This document shows positions 23,865 to 36,904 of a stretch of DNA of 64,000 nucleotides, one piece after another. How positions within the stretch are numbered: the first letter of the stretch is position 1; each line of letters opens with the position of its first letter. Made by a program: the position numbers and the translations under genes. The notes beneath the pieces were generated by a model. It ran no database searches. It was not told the DNA's origin and saw nothing but the letters and a program-made list of their open reading frames with translations. The stretch comes from Octopus sinensis. Taxonomy: Eukaryota. The DNA is taken from positions 1,178,001 to 1,242,000 of the forward strand of contig NC_043019.1 in NCBI RefSeq assembly GCF_006345805.1, written 5' to 3'.

Positions 23865-24698
23865 TTAAGTTGTCTGGAAAATTCTGAGCGTTTTCTAATA
23901 TGCAAAAACGGTAAACTTCATTAAACCTACTTTCAGAAGCTTCCAACACGTCTGCAAAAATTTCTAGTCGTGTGATTTGAGTTTTCTTTGATTTTTGCCT
24001 TTAAAACTTCTTCATCCAATTTTCAAGAGCTTCCACTGCGTCTCTCATCTTCCAAGATATACTATCCATGTTCAAATTTGGCAAACCATCCTCGAACAGT
24101 TGATTCACATTCAGCATCATCACCGTAAACTTCATAAATTGTTTTGTAAATTTTGGCAGCATTTTCTCTTTTTTAAAACGACAGCAAGGCTTATGAAATT
24201 TTTGATACTCCATTTCAAATATCATTAAAGGGTAACATGTGAGGGCGCGTGGCTTAGTGGTTAGGGCATTCGGCTCATGATCGTAAGATTGTGAGTTCGA
24301 TTCCCGGCGACGCGTTGTGTCCTTGAGCAAGACACTTTATTTCACGTTGCTCCAGTCCACTCAGCTGGCAAAAATGAGTTGTACTTGTATTTCAAAGGGT
24401 CAGCCTTGTCACTCTCTGTGTCACGCTGATTATCCCCGAGAACTACGTTAAGGGTACACGTGTCTGTGGAATGCTCAGCCTTTTGCACGTTAATTTCACG
24501 AGCAAGCTGTTCCGTTGATCGTATCAGCTGGGACCCTCGTCGTCGTAACCGGTGGAGTCTTTAAAGGGTAACTGGAATGAAAAATAAATCTTTTTATATT
24601 CAGGAACGGCAAAGTTTTCTGTTACGTTTCGGGTGTGTTCAATGAAGCGCGTTAAAAGATTTAGCTTAAAAACGCTCAGAAATTTCTGGACAACATAA
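23865..24698 (-). mobile_element. Internally deleted mariner element with TIRs and TA TSD
   Basis: TIRs ttaagttgtctggaaaattctgagcgtttt and aaaaacgctcagaaatttctggacaacataa, each flanked by TA. Minus strand reads ENAAKIYKTIYEVYGDDAECESTVRGWFAKFEHG*YILEDERRSGSS*KLDEEVLKAKIKEN, a mariner HTH. Confidence 0.88.
24237..24560 (+). mobile_element. SINE type B (tail i) nested in the mariner element, 12-bp TSD
   Basis: TSD ttaaagggtaac at 24225-24236 and 24561-24572. A-box tggcttagtgg, B-box gagttcgattcc, CORE-like gtgtccttgagcaagacactt. Confidence 0.93.
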
Positions 24699-24744
24699 TA
24701 ATAAATACAACAATGGAATATCGATGAAAGCATTATTCGAATAT

Positions 24745-24950
24745 CAGAGCTGGCAGAAGCGTTAGCACGCTGGACGAAATGCTTAGCAGTATTTCGTCTG
24801 TCATTACGTTCTGAGTTCAAATTCCACCGAGGTCGACTTTGCCCTTCATCCTTACGGGTTCGATAAATTAAGTACCAGTACGTACTGGGATCGATCTAAG
24901 CGATTGGCCGTTTTCCACCAAATTTGAGGCCTTGTGCCTATTAGTAGAAA
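24745..24950 (+). mobile_element. SINE type A
   Basis: gagctggcagaagcgttagcacg...gtcgactttgcccttcatcc. Confidence 0.88.
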
Positions 24951-25124
24951 GGATTATTTGTATATCAGTATCAAGCATGTGTAGGCGAAAAAAACAAAAA
25001 CATTTTCATAAAAAAATATTTCAAAATTCTAACAAATAAATGTTTTAAATGTTGGCACGAGTCCAACAGTTCCAGGGGTGATGTAACTCAATTACATTGA
25101 CGTCAATGTACAATTAGTACTTAT

Positions 25125-25250
25125 TTTTATCGAATCCCAAAAAGATGAAGCGCAAAGTCGACCACTGTGGAATTTAAACCCAGAACGTAAAAACGGACGT
25201 AATGCCGCTAAGCATTTTAGCTGCCTTGCTAACGATACCGTTAGTTCGCC
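25125..25250 (-). mobile_element. SINE type A, diverged
   Basis: gatgaagcgcaaagtcgacc...gaatttaaacccagaacgtaa...gctaacg. Confidence 0.75.
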
Positions 25251-25483
25251 ATTTTCTATCAACTTAATATCAATATAAAAGAATAGTGATGGATTTTGCT
25301 GCTGCCGCTGTTTCTGCCGACGAATTTTTGCAGTTACAGCGTTTGCTGAGCTGATTGTATCCAGATCGATAAATCCATGATTAAATTATTGTAGCAGACA
25401 ACGACTCGTTATTAAGAGACATATTATTTCTGCCATCATCCAATTCAGTGTATACAGAATTCAGTTAATATATGACCACGTGA

Positions 25484-26090
25484 AGGCAGCGACCAGGCAG
25501 AAGCGTTAGCACGCCGGGCGAAATGCTTAGTGATATTTCGTCAGCCGTTTCGTTCTGAGTTCAAATTCCGCCGAGGTCGACTTTGCCTTTCGTCTTTTCG
25601 GGGTCGATAAATTAAGTACTAGTTACGCACTGTTGCCGATGTAATCGACTTAATCCGTTTGTCTGTCCTTGTTTGTCCCTTCTGTGTTTAGCCCCTTGTG
25701 GGTAATAAAGAAATAAGAAACGTTAGCACGCCCGGCGAAATGCTTAGTGGTATTTCGTCTTCCACTACGCTCTGAGTTCAAATTCCGCCGAGGTGGACTT
25801 TGCCTTTCATTCTTTCAGGGTCGATTAAATAAGTACCAGTTACGCACTGGGGTCGATATAATCGACTTAATCCGTTTGTCTCTCCTTGTTTGTCCTCTCT
25901 GTGTTTAGCCTCTTGTGGGTAGTAAAGAAATAGGTATTTCATCTGCCGTTACGTTCTGAGTTCAAATTCCGACGAGGCCGACTTTGCCTTTCATTCTTTT
26001 GGGGTCGATAAATTAAATACCAGTTGCGTACGGGGGTGGATTAATCGACTGCCCCCTCCTCCAAAAATGTCTGCCTCATGCCTTGAGTTG
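25484..26090 (+). mobile_element. SINE type A head-to-tail trimer
   Basis: Three successive bodies, with re-entry at aaacgttagcacg (about 25718) and at gtatttc (about 25935). Confidence 0.9.
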
Positions 26091-26312
26091 AAAAGAATAT
26101 ATAATCATATATTCGGACTTTTGCCTTGAGTAGAAAAGAGTGGCTGAGAGTTCATCCCCACTATGCAACTCTTTGTGCAACTGTGTTCTACACACTTAGT
26201 GCGTGCGCGCGCACGTGTATGTTGGCGTATAAGAGTGGGTATATACGACGCAAACTATACGAGAATTACAAATTAAAATTCCGCGTCTAAATTTGATAGT
26301 TTATACCTATTT

Positions 26313-26530
26313 CTTTACTACTCACAAGGAGCTAAACACAGAGGGAACAAACAAGGACAGACAGACGGATTAAGTCGATTATATCGACCCCAGTGCGTAA
26401 CTGGTACTTAATTTATGGACACCGAAAGGATGAAAGGCAAAGTCGACCTCGGCGGAATTTGAACTCAGAACGTAACGGCAGACGAAATACCGCTAAGCAT
26501 TTCGCCCGGCGTGCTAACGTCTCTGCTATC
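26313..26530 (-). mobile_element. SINE type A
   Basis: Full body on the minus strand. Confidence 0.92.
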
Positions 26531-27289
26531 TCAAGCTGAAAACAACGAGTTATGAACATCTGTATGTATATACGCGTGGGTTTTTATATATACATTAAGT
26601 ACCATATACAAGACTGGACATGAAAAAAAGAGGTTGGTCGTTTCCCTAAATTTCTACATAAATATTTAAATATGATTTCTGATGAAGTTTTGACTAAGCA
26701 ATATCCGCTTTCTCCTATCAAATACTGTCTACAAATATTTTCTGCTTGTATACAATCATAATTTTTTTATGAACATATAAATAAATATGAATATCTTTTA
26801 TTACCTATTTTGAACACTTTTCTGTAAATTGATTAAACAGAATGCTCCTCGTAAACTTTTTTTATATTATTGTCAAAGATTCTTAACATTTTCTTATTAT
26901 TGACAAAGTCTGTATCACTGAATTTCAATACATATATGTTAAACATTTTTAACATCACAAAGGCTACACAAACCCTTTTTTAAAAAGGTGACACCAGTCA
27001 AGTCAATAAATATCTTTAAGAGACCTCTGAATTTTCAAATCATTTTCACTATATATATATATACAATTTATAAACAAGTGCAAAAGAAGATTATTTATTT
27101 TGCCCTTGTTTATAAGTTGTTTATAATTTTAACCTTAAAGGTATTTTAATATGCTGCCACATTTTTGATGAATTTTTTTCTGTAAAAAAACTTCATCTTA
27201 TATTAGTAGTATATATATATATATGTATATATATATAAACAAAGATAAATGCGATACAATAAAATTAATTATAATCGCCGGTGTACCAG

Positions 27290-27328
<39 letters not shown>

Positions 27329-27390
27329 GTTTAAATATTTGTTGTGCAAGATTTATTGGCTAAACTGGCAATATGACCATTCCGAAATAT

Positions 27391-27440
<50 letters not shown>

Positions 27441-27594
27441 CCCTTTATGTGTGCGTGTGTGTGTGTGTATGTGGCACCTGTGTGTATACACACCCACCTA
27501 CACACACGTACACACACACACGCGCGCACACACACACACGCACGCGAACGAATACACACACATATACAGGGAGTGGGTGAGAAATAGAAGAAAG

Positions 27595-27735
<141 letters not shown>

Positions 27736-28177
27736 TAATTGTGGATTCTTAGGCGTATGTATAAATATAAGAAATGTGTAAAACCGAGAGATCGAGCGTT
27801 GTGCTTCAAGAGCTTTATCCGGACCTGCACAAAGGGTGTATTCCTTTGATACAGGTCTGAAGGCAGACTTAATCACACTTAGTCTCGATTTAATATTTCA
27901 TTTATGGTGTCACATTGCGCCTGGCTGTTTATATTAATTTTAATATAAGTATCAACATTTCACCAAACCATGCATAAACTTTTATGGGAAATAAATATGT
28001 TTTGGTAGACGGAATCAGCTAACCACGAGTTGGAGCAATCACCACTGACGATGTCTGCGGCAAAGACGAAATTATGTCTTGTCAGGTTCACCATTGGGAC
28101 GGTCATGAGGCGATTACCTCCCCTCTCATTATCTCAATATATTTGGGCTCTTTTTACAGCGTTAACGGTATTTCAGA

Positions 28178-28640
28178 AAGGCGGCGAGCTGCCAGAAACG
28201 TTAGCACGCCGGGTGAAATGCGTAGCCGTATTTCGTCTGTCGTTACGTTGTGAGTTCAAATTCCGCCGAGGTCTACTTTCGGGGTCGATAAATTAAGTAC
28301 CAATTAAGCACTGGGGTTGATATAATCGACTTAATACCTATGTCTGTCCATGTTTGTCTCCTCTATGTTTATCCCCTTGTGGGTAATAAAGAAATAGGTA
28401 TTTAAGAAAGGCGGCGAGCTGCCAGAAACGTTAGCACGCCGGGCGAAATGCGTAGCCGTATTTCGTCTGTCTTTACGTTCTGAGTTCAAATTCCGCCGAG
28501 GTGGACTTTGCCTTTAATCCTTTCGAGGTCGATTAAATAAGTACCAGTTACACATTGGGGTCGATATAATCGACTCAATCCGTTTGTCTGTCCTTGTTTG
28601 TCCTCTCTATGTTTAGCCCCTTGTGGGTAGTAAAGGAATA
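28178..28640 (+). mobile_element. SINE type A tandem dimer
   Basis: Two bodies, each beginning gaaaggcggcgagctgccagaaacg. Confidence 0.92.
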
Positions 28641-28749
28641 GGTATTTATCTCTTATCTGCTATTCTAGCTTTGGCACCATTAGTCACATTTAGTGAAGAT
28701 TGAATTTTTCCTTTACTGGCTGTTTATAAATATATGTGTATGCGTGTGT

Positions 28750-29065
28750 GTGTATATATATATATATATATCACGTGATCACGTGACCGACCAGACCATC
28801 AGATGTTACAACACATCGCTGGTCAAAATGCGTTCGCATTGTTTTACCCTTCGAATGACGCCACCCCGCTGGCTAAGCGAGCAGGCCAACAGAAGAAAGA
28901 GTGAGAAAAAGCGTGGTGAAAGAGTAAAGCAGAGATCACCCCCTGCCGGAGCCTCGTGCAGCTTTTAGGTGTTTTTGCTCAATAAACACTCACAACTCCC
29001 GGTCTGGGAATCGAAACCGCGATCCTACGACCGCTGCCCTAAACACTGGGCCATTGTGCCTCCAC

Positions 29066-29066
<1 letters not shown>
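28750..29066 (-). mobile_element. SINE type C with alternative tail
   Basis: Head at 29000-29066 and tail tcacgtgaccgaccagaccatcagatg. Confidence 0.85.
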
Positions 29067-29100
<34 letters not shown>

Positions 29101-29236
29101 GAGGGCATTATACATACATGCCAGAGGGCATTATACATATATGCCACACGCTAAGAGGGACAATTAGTCATTTCAACCAAAAATATTACTAATCCCACCG
29201 AATGTAATTTTTCAAAGTAAGACATTTAAAAAATAT

Positions 29237-29284
29237 AGACCTGTATCACAGTGATTTCATACTTAGGTATTCATCAGCAGGCCT
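29237..29284 (-). ncRNA. Type I HHR motif (H1), inverted copy
   Basis: AGGCCUG CUGAUGA AUAC CUAA GUAU GAAA UCACUGUGA UA CAGGUCU. Confidence 0.85.
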
Positions 29285-29855
29285 GAATGTATCATAAATA
29301 AACGACCCTGTCCCGCTTAAGCCGATCAGCTAACTGATCAACATCAACGAAGCACATGGGTGAGTTTACATATATTACATCCTGTAAATGGCATACTTTT
29401 ACGAATTGCATTTCGGGAAAGGAAAAGTTTTTTCGGAATAAAAATTTAGCAATTAAGGACAACTACTTAATAAGGAAAACTTAACAAGAAATTGTCAGGT
29501 AGATAGCGTGAAAACCTCATAAGAGGTATGTATAATGCCCTCTGGCATGTATGTATAATGCCCTCTATATATAAATTAATATGTTCAATAAGAAATAATC
29601 ATTTTCGAAATTTTTTCTCTTATGAGGTTTTCACGCTATCTACCTGACAATTTCTTGTTAAGTTTTCCTTATTAAGTAGTTGTCCTTAATTGCTAAATTT
29701 TTATTCCGAAAAAACTTTTCCTTTCCCGAAATGCAATTCGTAAAAGTATGCCATTTACAGGATGTAATATATGAACTCACCCATGTGCTTCGTTGATGTT
29801 GATCAGTTAGCTGATCGGCTTAAGCGGGACAGGGTCGTTTATTTATGATACATTC

Positions 29856-29903
29856 AGGCCTGCTGATGAATACGTAAGTATGAAATCACTGTGATACAGG
29901 TCT
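29856..29903 (+). ncRNA. Type I HHR motif (H1), canonical
   Basis: 7-bp stem I AGGCCUG/CAGGUCU, core CUGAUGA, stem II AUAC-GUAA-GUAU, GAAA, stem III AUCAC-U-GUGAU, triplet AUA (cut predicted after 29896). Confidence 0.9.
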
Positions 29904-30166
29904 ATATTTTTTAAATGTCTTACTTTGAAAAATTGCATTCGGTGGGATTAATAATATTTTTGGTTGAAATGACTAATTGTCCCTCTTAGCGTGTGGCATG
30001 TATGTATAATGCCCTCTGGCATGTATGTATAATGCCCTCTATATATAAATTAATATGTTCAATAAGAAATAATTATTTTCGAAAATTTTTCTCTTATGAG
30101 GTTTTCACGCTATCTACCTGACAATTTCTTGTTAAGTTTTCCTTATTAAGTAGTTGTCCTTAATTG

Positions 30167-30218
<52 letters not shown>

Positions 30219-31047
30219 GTGTGTGTGTGTGTTTGTCGGCAAATATGGCGATAGTTTCAATAGATATGGTAATTCTGTTAGATTTAGAGTTTTATGATAA
30301 TTTTATTTAAAAGTTTATTCCAAATAATTTGAAACATTCGATCGGAAGAGAATTAAATTTCAGGGTAAGATTGATAGAAATTGCTTTAATATCTTATTGG
30401 ATTTTTAAAAAATGAAAAGTTCTTTATTTCTTAAAGATTTCGCCAGCGTCCATTGTAATAAATAACTGGAGACTTTTTTTTTTTCTTCAGAACTTAAACA
30501 CTGACAGCAATTCACACGTAATAAGAAGTTCTACGTATTCGTGAATTATGGCAGCGAAAGCATAAAAAAGGAAAAAAATGCAACTGCGAAGATCAGATGA
30601 CAAGCTATTGCTTTAGTTACTTTAGCTTGTAGGCGTGAATATATTGTATATTTATTCTCTTGAAACTTTAAGTCACGAAAGTTGGTTAAATATTAATTCT
30701 TCTTCCTTCGTTCTACTGCAGAATTAAGTGAGACAACACAACGCATATATAAAAATAAATAATTTAGTGCCAGAAATATAGACACAGAGAGTTGTGCACA
30801 AATATAACCTGGCGCTTAAGTACACCAGGCTTATAATAATATTTCGATTCGTAAAGGACACCGAGTATTCTTGCAGCAGGATCCGAGGTTATAATCCATC
30901 ACCATTCTACATTGTATTTCCATAGTTGTGCTCCAGGTACACTGGTTTTTAAATAATAGCGTTTACATTTTTTTTTATATTACAGCAAATTTAGATTATT
31001 GTTTTTTTCTAAAATTTATGTAGTCTGTGAGATATATACTCTTTTTT

Positions 31048-31441
31048 TTACTTGTTTCAGTCATTTGACTGTGACCATGCTGGAGCACCGCCCTTAGTCG
31101 AGCAAATCACCCCAGGATTTATTCTTCGTAAGCCTAGTACTTATTCTATCGGGCTCTTTTGCCGAACCGCTAAGTGACGAGGACATAAACACACCAGCAT
31201 CGGTTGTCAAGCGATGTTGGGGGGGGGGGGACAAACACATACAAACAAACATATACACACACAAACATATATATACACGACGCGCTTCTTTCAGTTTCTG
31301 TGTACCAAATCCACTCACAAGGCTTTGGTCGGCGCGAGGCTATAGCAGAAGACAATCGCCCAAGGTGCCACGCAGTGGGAATGAACCCAGAACCATGTGT
31401 TTGGTAAGCAAGCCACTTACCACATATCCACTCCTGCGCCT
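31048..31441 (-). mobile_element. SINE type D, full length
   Basis: Homolog of 61744-62127 on the opposite strand. Confidence 0.92.
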
Positions 31442-31599
31442 ATGTGTGTATGTGTTGTAAACAACGATCACGAACATTCGCAAAGTTCAAGTGTAAATAT
31501 AGATTAATTATATAAATCGTAAAATACGGTAAATGTAAATTAATTACGTCACTCGACGAATTGCAGTTTTGCTACAATATATTACATTTCTGCTTAGTG

Positions 31600-32360
31600 G
31601 CTCATGTATACAAAGTTAAAATTATACATTGCTTGATACACCGCGAAGTTTTGGTGTCAAAATCTCCACCTGATAGTCTCTTGAAGGCGATGGACAATGT
31701 TGTTAAAGTGGTGAATTACATACAACCTCATTCCCTATGGAGCAGACATTTTGCACCCTTATGTGGAACTATGGATTCTGATTTTACGTGTTTACTGCTT
31801 CATACAGAAGTGCGATGGCTCTCGAAAAGCAAGGTACTATCTCGATTTATCTCTTTACGAACTGAAAAAATATGTTTCTTTTATGCTGAACATTCTAGAT
31901 TTGATTTTTTTCACAATGATAATTGGTGGCTGGAAGTAGCATTTCCGAACGATATGTTTGAGAAGTTGAACGTTTTAAAGCTGAGTCTACCAGGAGCAAG
32001 TGAAAATATTATTACAATCACAGGCAAATTATAGTCTTTCACCAAGTTAGAACTGTGGATAGCTTTCTTGCTGCCCAGGCGTAGAGGATTTTCCAAACAA
32101 ATAAAACATTTTGTCAAAACAGCAGTAGACAGTAGATAACGTCTCTGCATCATTTTGTAAGTATTTTCCATCACTTCGTTATCAAATGTACGAGTGGATC
32201 ATCAATCTTTTCGTAAGATACGACAGTACACACCTGCATTTAACATTGACAGAAGAGAAGTTAATAGTCTTTAAAGACGATCCTGTGCATAAAGCCTCAT
32301 TTTCGGAGCTAGAATTGTCAGAATTTTGGATTTCGCTTTGGAGCCAATATCCGTATACAC
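31600..32360 (+). mobile_element. hAT (Buster/SPIN-like) transposase relic
   Basis: IHCLIHREVLVSK...VVKVVNYI...LLLHTEVRWLSKSKVLSRF...NDMFEKLN...; later LTEEKLI...FSELELSEFWISLWSQYP. Contains stops and frameshifts. Confidence 0.92.
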
Positions 32361-33355
32361 AATCGATTATACATGTACACCAAATACAAATGCGAAGTAG
32401 ACACACACATACACACACATAAATACACACACACGTGCACATATACATATATATATTATATAATAATATATTATATATATATATATATATATATGTATAG
32501 AAATTAAATATAAAATATAAATTACAAAGTGGGACAAGAACGCAAAAAACACAAAGAGACGACACAAAAAAAACAGACGGGTCACTCGAAGCCTCGAATC
32601 TTCAGTCGGGAACCGGATCATCTTAGCAATTTCGGATATATATATATGTTTATGTATATGCGTATGTGTGTGTAAGTCTCTTACTTCTAAATGTCGAAAT
32701 AAGAATTGTAGTTAAGAATAGAGAGGATAAGGATCTTTCTTTAATTTTGTTTATTTTTGCATTTTTCATTTCCTTTAATTTATGTGTGATAGTTTTTGTT
32801 TCTCCTTGTATTTTCTTGTTATTCATTGTCAACCGAAAGCTAAAAGTAACATGAATGAGTGGGTATCAAACATAGATTAACAAAAGATGATCAAGCAATG
32901 CATTTGACCCTGTTCAGCTGAAGACGTGAATGTATCTCGGTACTGTTGGATCATATGAAATCAATAATCTATAAAATATATGTAACATTTCAGAATATCC
33001 TGCTAATAGTCAAGCGTTGACACAATTGTGTTGTTTTGTAATAAGACATTTTCATCCCATCTTCATGTATTAAACATTTTTGCATACTCTCCGGAATTTC
33101 GTGGATTTACACATCTATATCAAGTAAAAGAAATCACATTGCATAACAATGTCAGGTATTTATATATGCATATATATTATATATGTATATATATATATAA
33201 ATATATGTATATACAAATATTAATAATATGACAACAAAAGAATGAATGAGATCTTGATATTAAGACGAAGAATTTATCTATAAATACATGTAACAATTAT
33301 TTGGTTGTCACATATCATATAATATATGTGTGTGTGTTGTGTGTGTGTATGTATG

Positions 33356-33405
<50 letters not shown>

Positions 33406-33719
33406 GTGTGGTGTGTGCATATATATAGATATGCATACATACGTAAAATTATAAAAAATAAACATTTTATTAATAATAAACAATAATAACATAGGTGAAT
33501 AGTAAAAACAAGTAAATACACAAAAAGAAAAAGGTTCCTATATTGCACCACCAGAATAATCACTAAAGCAACACAATTATCACAAAACTGTTACTCAGGT
33601 TTCATGTTCCCTTTTGTTTAGATTCGAAACAAAACTCTCCGACGAACGTGAATCTGAGTGACATTTTTTTTGTGATATTTTGCTGCTTTTTAATAAAGTA
33701 TATATATATATATCTATAT

Positions 33720-33751
<32 letters not shown>

Positions 33752-34324
33752 AAATATATATATAATCTAGTGGTTTCCTGTGGAAGTGTTTGCAGAGGTA
33801 TATATGTTAAACAAGGCTATGTTATTCATCATGTTGGAATACAAATAATGTGAGATAGTGAAAAGAAAATAAAGCATGAATAAATAAGATTATCGTAAAT
33901 CTGTCACGCATATTTTCTTTTTTCTATATATGGAAAAAATGTGGAAATAAAATGTACGCAAACGGGAACGCTTCTACTACAAGGGGTGTAAGTCTTGTAC
34001 TATGTTACTATTAAGAGTTAGAAATGAAATGGAGTAGAAGGCTTGGTAACACTTCTTCACCATAACTCCATCTTTACGATGTGCAAAAACGTCATATAAA
34101 TTGCTGGAAAACTACAGAATATCGCTTTTAAAATCACCTTATTTCTTAAGGACACCTCTCTCGCTCACACTCTACCGTTCAATCTGACTCTCTTTGTCTT
34201 TCTCAGGTGACATTTGTAGTATTTAAGACAATAATTCATACATACATGGACACATGCACACTAACACTCACACACACGCACTGATACACACGTATACATA
34301 TAGATACATATGTATATATGTATA

Positions 34325-34660
34325 ATTGTTAAACAGGACGTCAAATATTATGGCAAGGCAAACATCTCAAGTCATATACAATATTACTATAGGAAAAAAT
34401 TCAAAATCTTACAGCTGTTTCAGTCATATCCCCAAGTATGTGATATTCCGTCATCAGAGACAAATTGGGGGGAAATATGGAAAATGAGAGTGGTAGATAT
34501 CAATAAGGTGACAACATAGAGGAAAGGAGTAAAAGAATAAGAAAATAGAAAGGGAGAAGAAAAAAGAAGCTTAAAAGTTCATAGTTCAACTTCCCGAAGT
34601 AACACTTACAGCAATACCTAGCATACCTAATCGTTTAGATCACCTGTGAACTAAATCGCC
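34325..34660 (-). mobile_element. H5-family element with intact HHR
   Basis: Non-coding segment between microsatellites carrying the motif at 34407-34460. Boundaries approximate. Confidence 0.55.
34407..34460 (-). ncRNA. Type I HHR motif (H5)
   Basis: UCU CUGAUGA C GG A AUAUC ACAUACUUGGG GAUAU GA CU GAAA CAGCUG U A AGA. Palindromic stem III ACAGCUGU, triplet GUA. Confidence 0.72.
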
Positions 34661-34662
34661 GT

Positions 34663-34706
<44 letters not shown>

Positions 34707-34802
34707 TATATATATATATTATATAATATATATATATATATCGAAAAAACTCGTCTCGACTTCAAATAACACCAAATGATAAAAATAGAGACATTAAAAT
34801 TT

Positions 34803-34902
34803 NNNNNNNNNNNNNNNNNNNNNNNNNNNNNNNNNNNNNNNNNNNNNNNNNNNNNNNNNNNNNNNNNNNNNNNNNNNNNNNNNNNNNNNNNNNNNNNNNN
34901 NN
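34803..34902. other. Assembly gap (100 N)
   Basis: Directly visible. Confidence 1.
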
Positions 34903-35290
34903 CATATCATTTAGATCATTAGCGCTTTCTCCCATTCTAGTGGGGTTTTCAAATCAAAATAATTCTTTGAGGGGAATTTTAATCATTTTATAGATTTTCG
35001 TAGTTGTGGGGAAGAACAAGACAGCACAAGAGGGTGAAGTGGATGATGAGGAAGTGAGAGAGAGAACATGTATGTATGTGTATGTGTATTTGTGTGTGTG
35101 TGTTGTGTGTGTGTGTGTGTGTGTGCGCGTTTGTATCTGAGGTTAAAGAGAAAGAGGGGAAAGGAGAGGGAAGAAGAAGGATTTTCTTTGGTCTGCTGGA
35201 CTCTAAGGGGGTTCTAAGAATTTTAGCTTTGACCATTTCAGTGTCACTGAGTGTGTGTTGGTGGGTAGGTAAACACACAGAGACACACAC

Positions 35291-35330
<40 letters not shown>

Positions 35331-35792
35331 ACGGACACACAGACACACAGACACACCTCCACAAAACGATCATAAAAAGTAGAAAGAATTCTTAGACCCC
35401 AAACGGCATTTGACCATCCTCAAAATCATAAAAGGTGTAATTTATGGCCTGCCTACCCACCAACACACACTCAGTGACACTGAAATGGTCAAAGCTAAAA
35501 TTCTTAGAACCCCCTTGGAGTCCAGCAGACCAAAGGAAATCCTTCTTCTTCCTTCTCCCTTCCCCTCTTTCTCTGTAGCCTCAGATACAAACGCGCACAC
35601 ACACACACACACATACACATACACCACATGTTCTCTCTCTCACTTCCTCCTCAATACTTCACTCTTTGTGTGTCTTGTTCCCCCACCAATACGAAACTCT
35701 ATAAAATGATTAAAATTTCCCACAAAGGAATTATTTTGATTTGAAAACCCCACTAGAAAGGGAGGGAAAGCGCTAATGATCTAAATGATATG
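34903..35792. repeat. Inverted repeat (arms about 34903-35270 and 35452-35792)
   Basis: ORFs 34988..35362 (-) and 35410..35709 (+) share the peptide PTHQHTLSDTEMVKAKILRTPLESSRPK, and the arms are reverse complements. Confidence 0.9.
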
Positions 35793-35922
35793 ATATATAT
35801 GTAAAAAATGTAATATATAAATAAATATATGTAAATATAAACCATCGATCTTCTGATTACCTCATTTCTTCTAATATATAATACCTGTAACATTCTCCAG
35901 ACCTTCCAATTATATATATATA

Positions 35923-36008
<86 letters not shown>

Positions 36009-36030
36009 AATATATATATTATATATATAT

Positions 36031-36421
36031 ATTTATTATATAGAAGAGCTTCTACAGGACTAGAACTGTTTCATTCAAGAGAAATCTTCAGGAAGCTAGT
36101 TAACAAGAATTGTATTGGCATTTATACATTTAGGCAGGTTTAAAGGGGTGTTGGTGGGGGACTTTTTGGGGGTAGGCATAGCGCAAAAAATCATACTGGG
36201 GGAGTGGTCAAGGAGTCAGTGTTAAATTAGATAGGAGAATAAATAAAAAAAATAAATAATAAATAAAAAAAAAAAATAAAAATAAAAATAAACAAAAATA
36301 AAAAATAAAAATATAAAATATAAACATAAAAAATAAAAAAAAAAATCAAAAAAAAAAAAAATAGAAATAGAAAATAAAAAAAAAAATATAAAATATAAAA
36401 TATTTTTTATTTTATATTTTA

Positions 36422-36456
<35 letters not shown>

Positions 36457-36788
36457 ATTTTTATTTTTATTTTTTATTTTTTATTTTTATTTTTTTTTTA
36501 TTTATTCTCCTATCTAATTTAAAACTGACTCCTTGACCACTCCCCCAAGTATGATTTTTTGCGCTATGCCTACCCCCAAAAAAGTCCCCCACCAACACCC
36601 CTTTAAACCTGCCTAAATGTATAAATGCCAATACAATTCTTGTTAAATAGCTTCCTGAAGATTTCTCTTGATGAAAAAAACAGTTCTAGTCCTGTAGAAG
36701 CTCCTTCTATATAATAAATTAATTTTCTCTGCTATGTATTGAGTACCTTATTTACTGTGGTTAACCCCGAATCAACCCGGGACCTACA
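36031..36788 (+). mobile_element. H3-family element: about 690-bp palindrome plus 3' segment
   Basis: 36031-36400 mirrors 36401-36719. HHR intact on the minus strand at 36047-36097 and damaged on the plus strand at 36649-36701. Same 3' end as 18457-18658. Confidence 0.9.
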
Positions 36789-36904
36789 TAATATATATAT
36801 ATATATATAATGTGTGTGTGTGTGTGTGTGTGTGTGTACATATGTATATATATATATATGTATATATGTGTATATATACAGATACATTCACACACCAACG
36901 CACA

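Larger units (their letters stand above)
29096..30168 (+). mobile_element. H1-family element: inverted unit plus 1.35 tandem units of 474 bp
   Basis: 29096-29525 is the reverse complement of 29617-30047. Forward periodicity is 474 bp (29527 vs 30001). TA tracts on both sides. Confidence 0.93.

Noticed and set aside
32570-32630. Minus-strand CUGAAGA in a repeat fragment
   Set aside because: No GAAA or stem III in this copy.
33588-33610. 3' half of an HHR-like motif (GAAAC CUGA GUA ACAG, minus strand)
   Set aside because: The 5' core is missing, so it cannot be supported alone.
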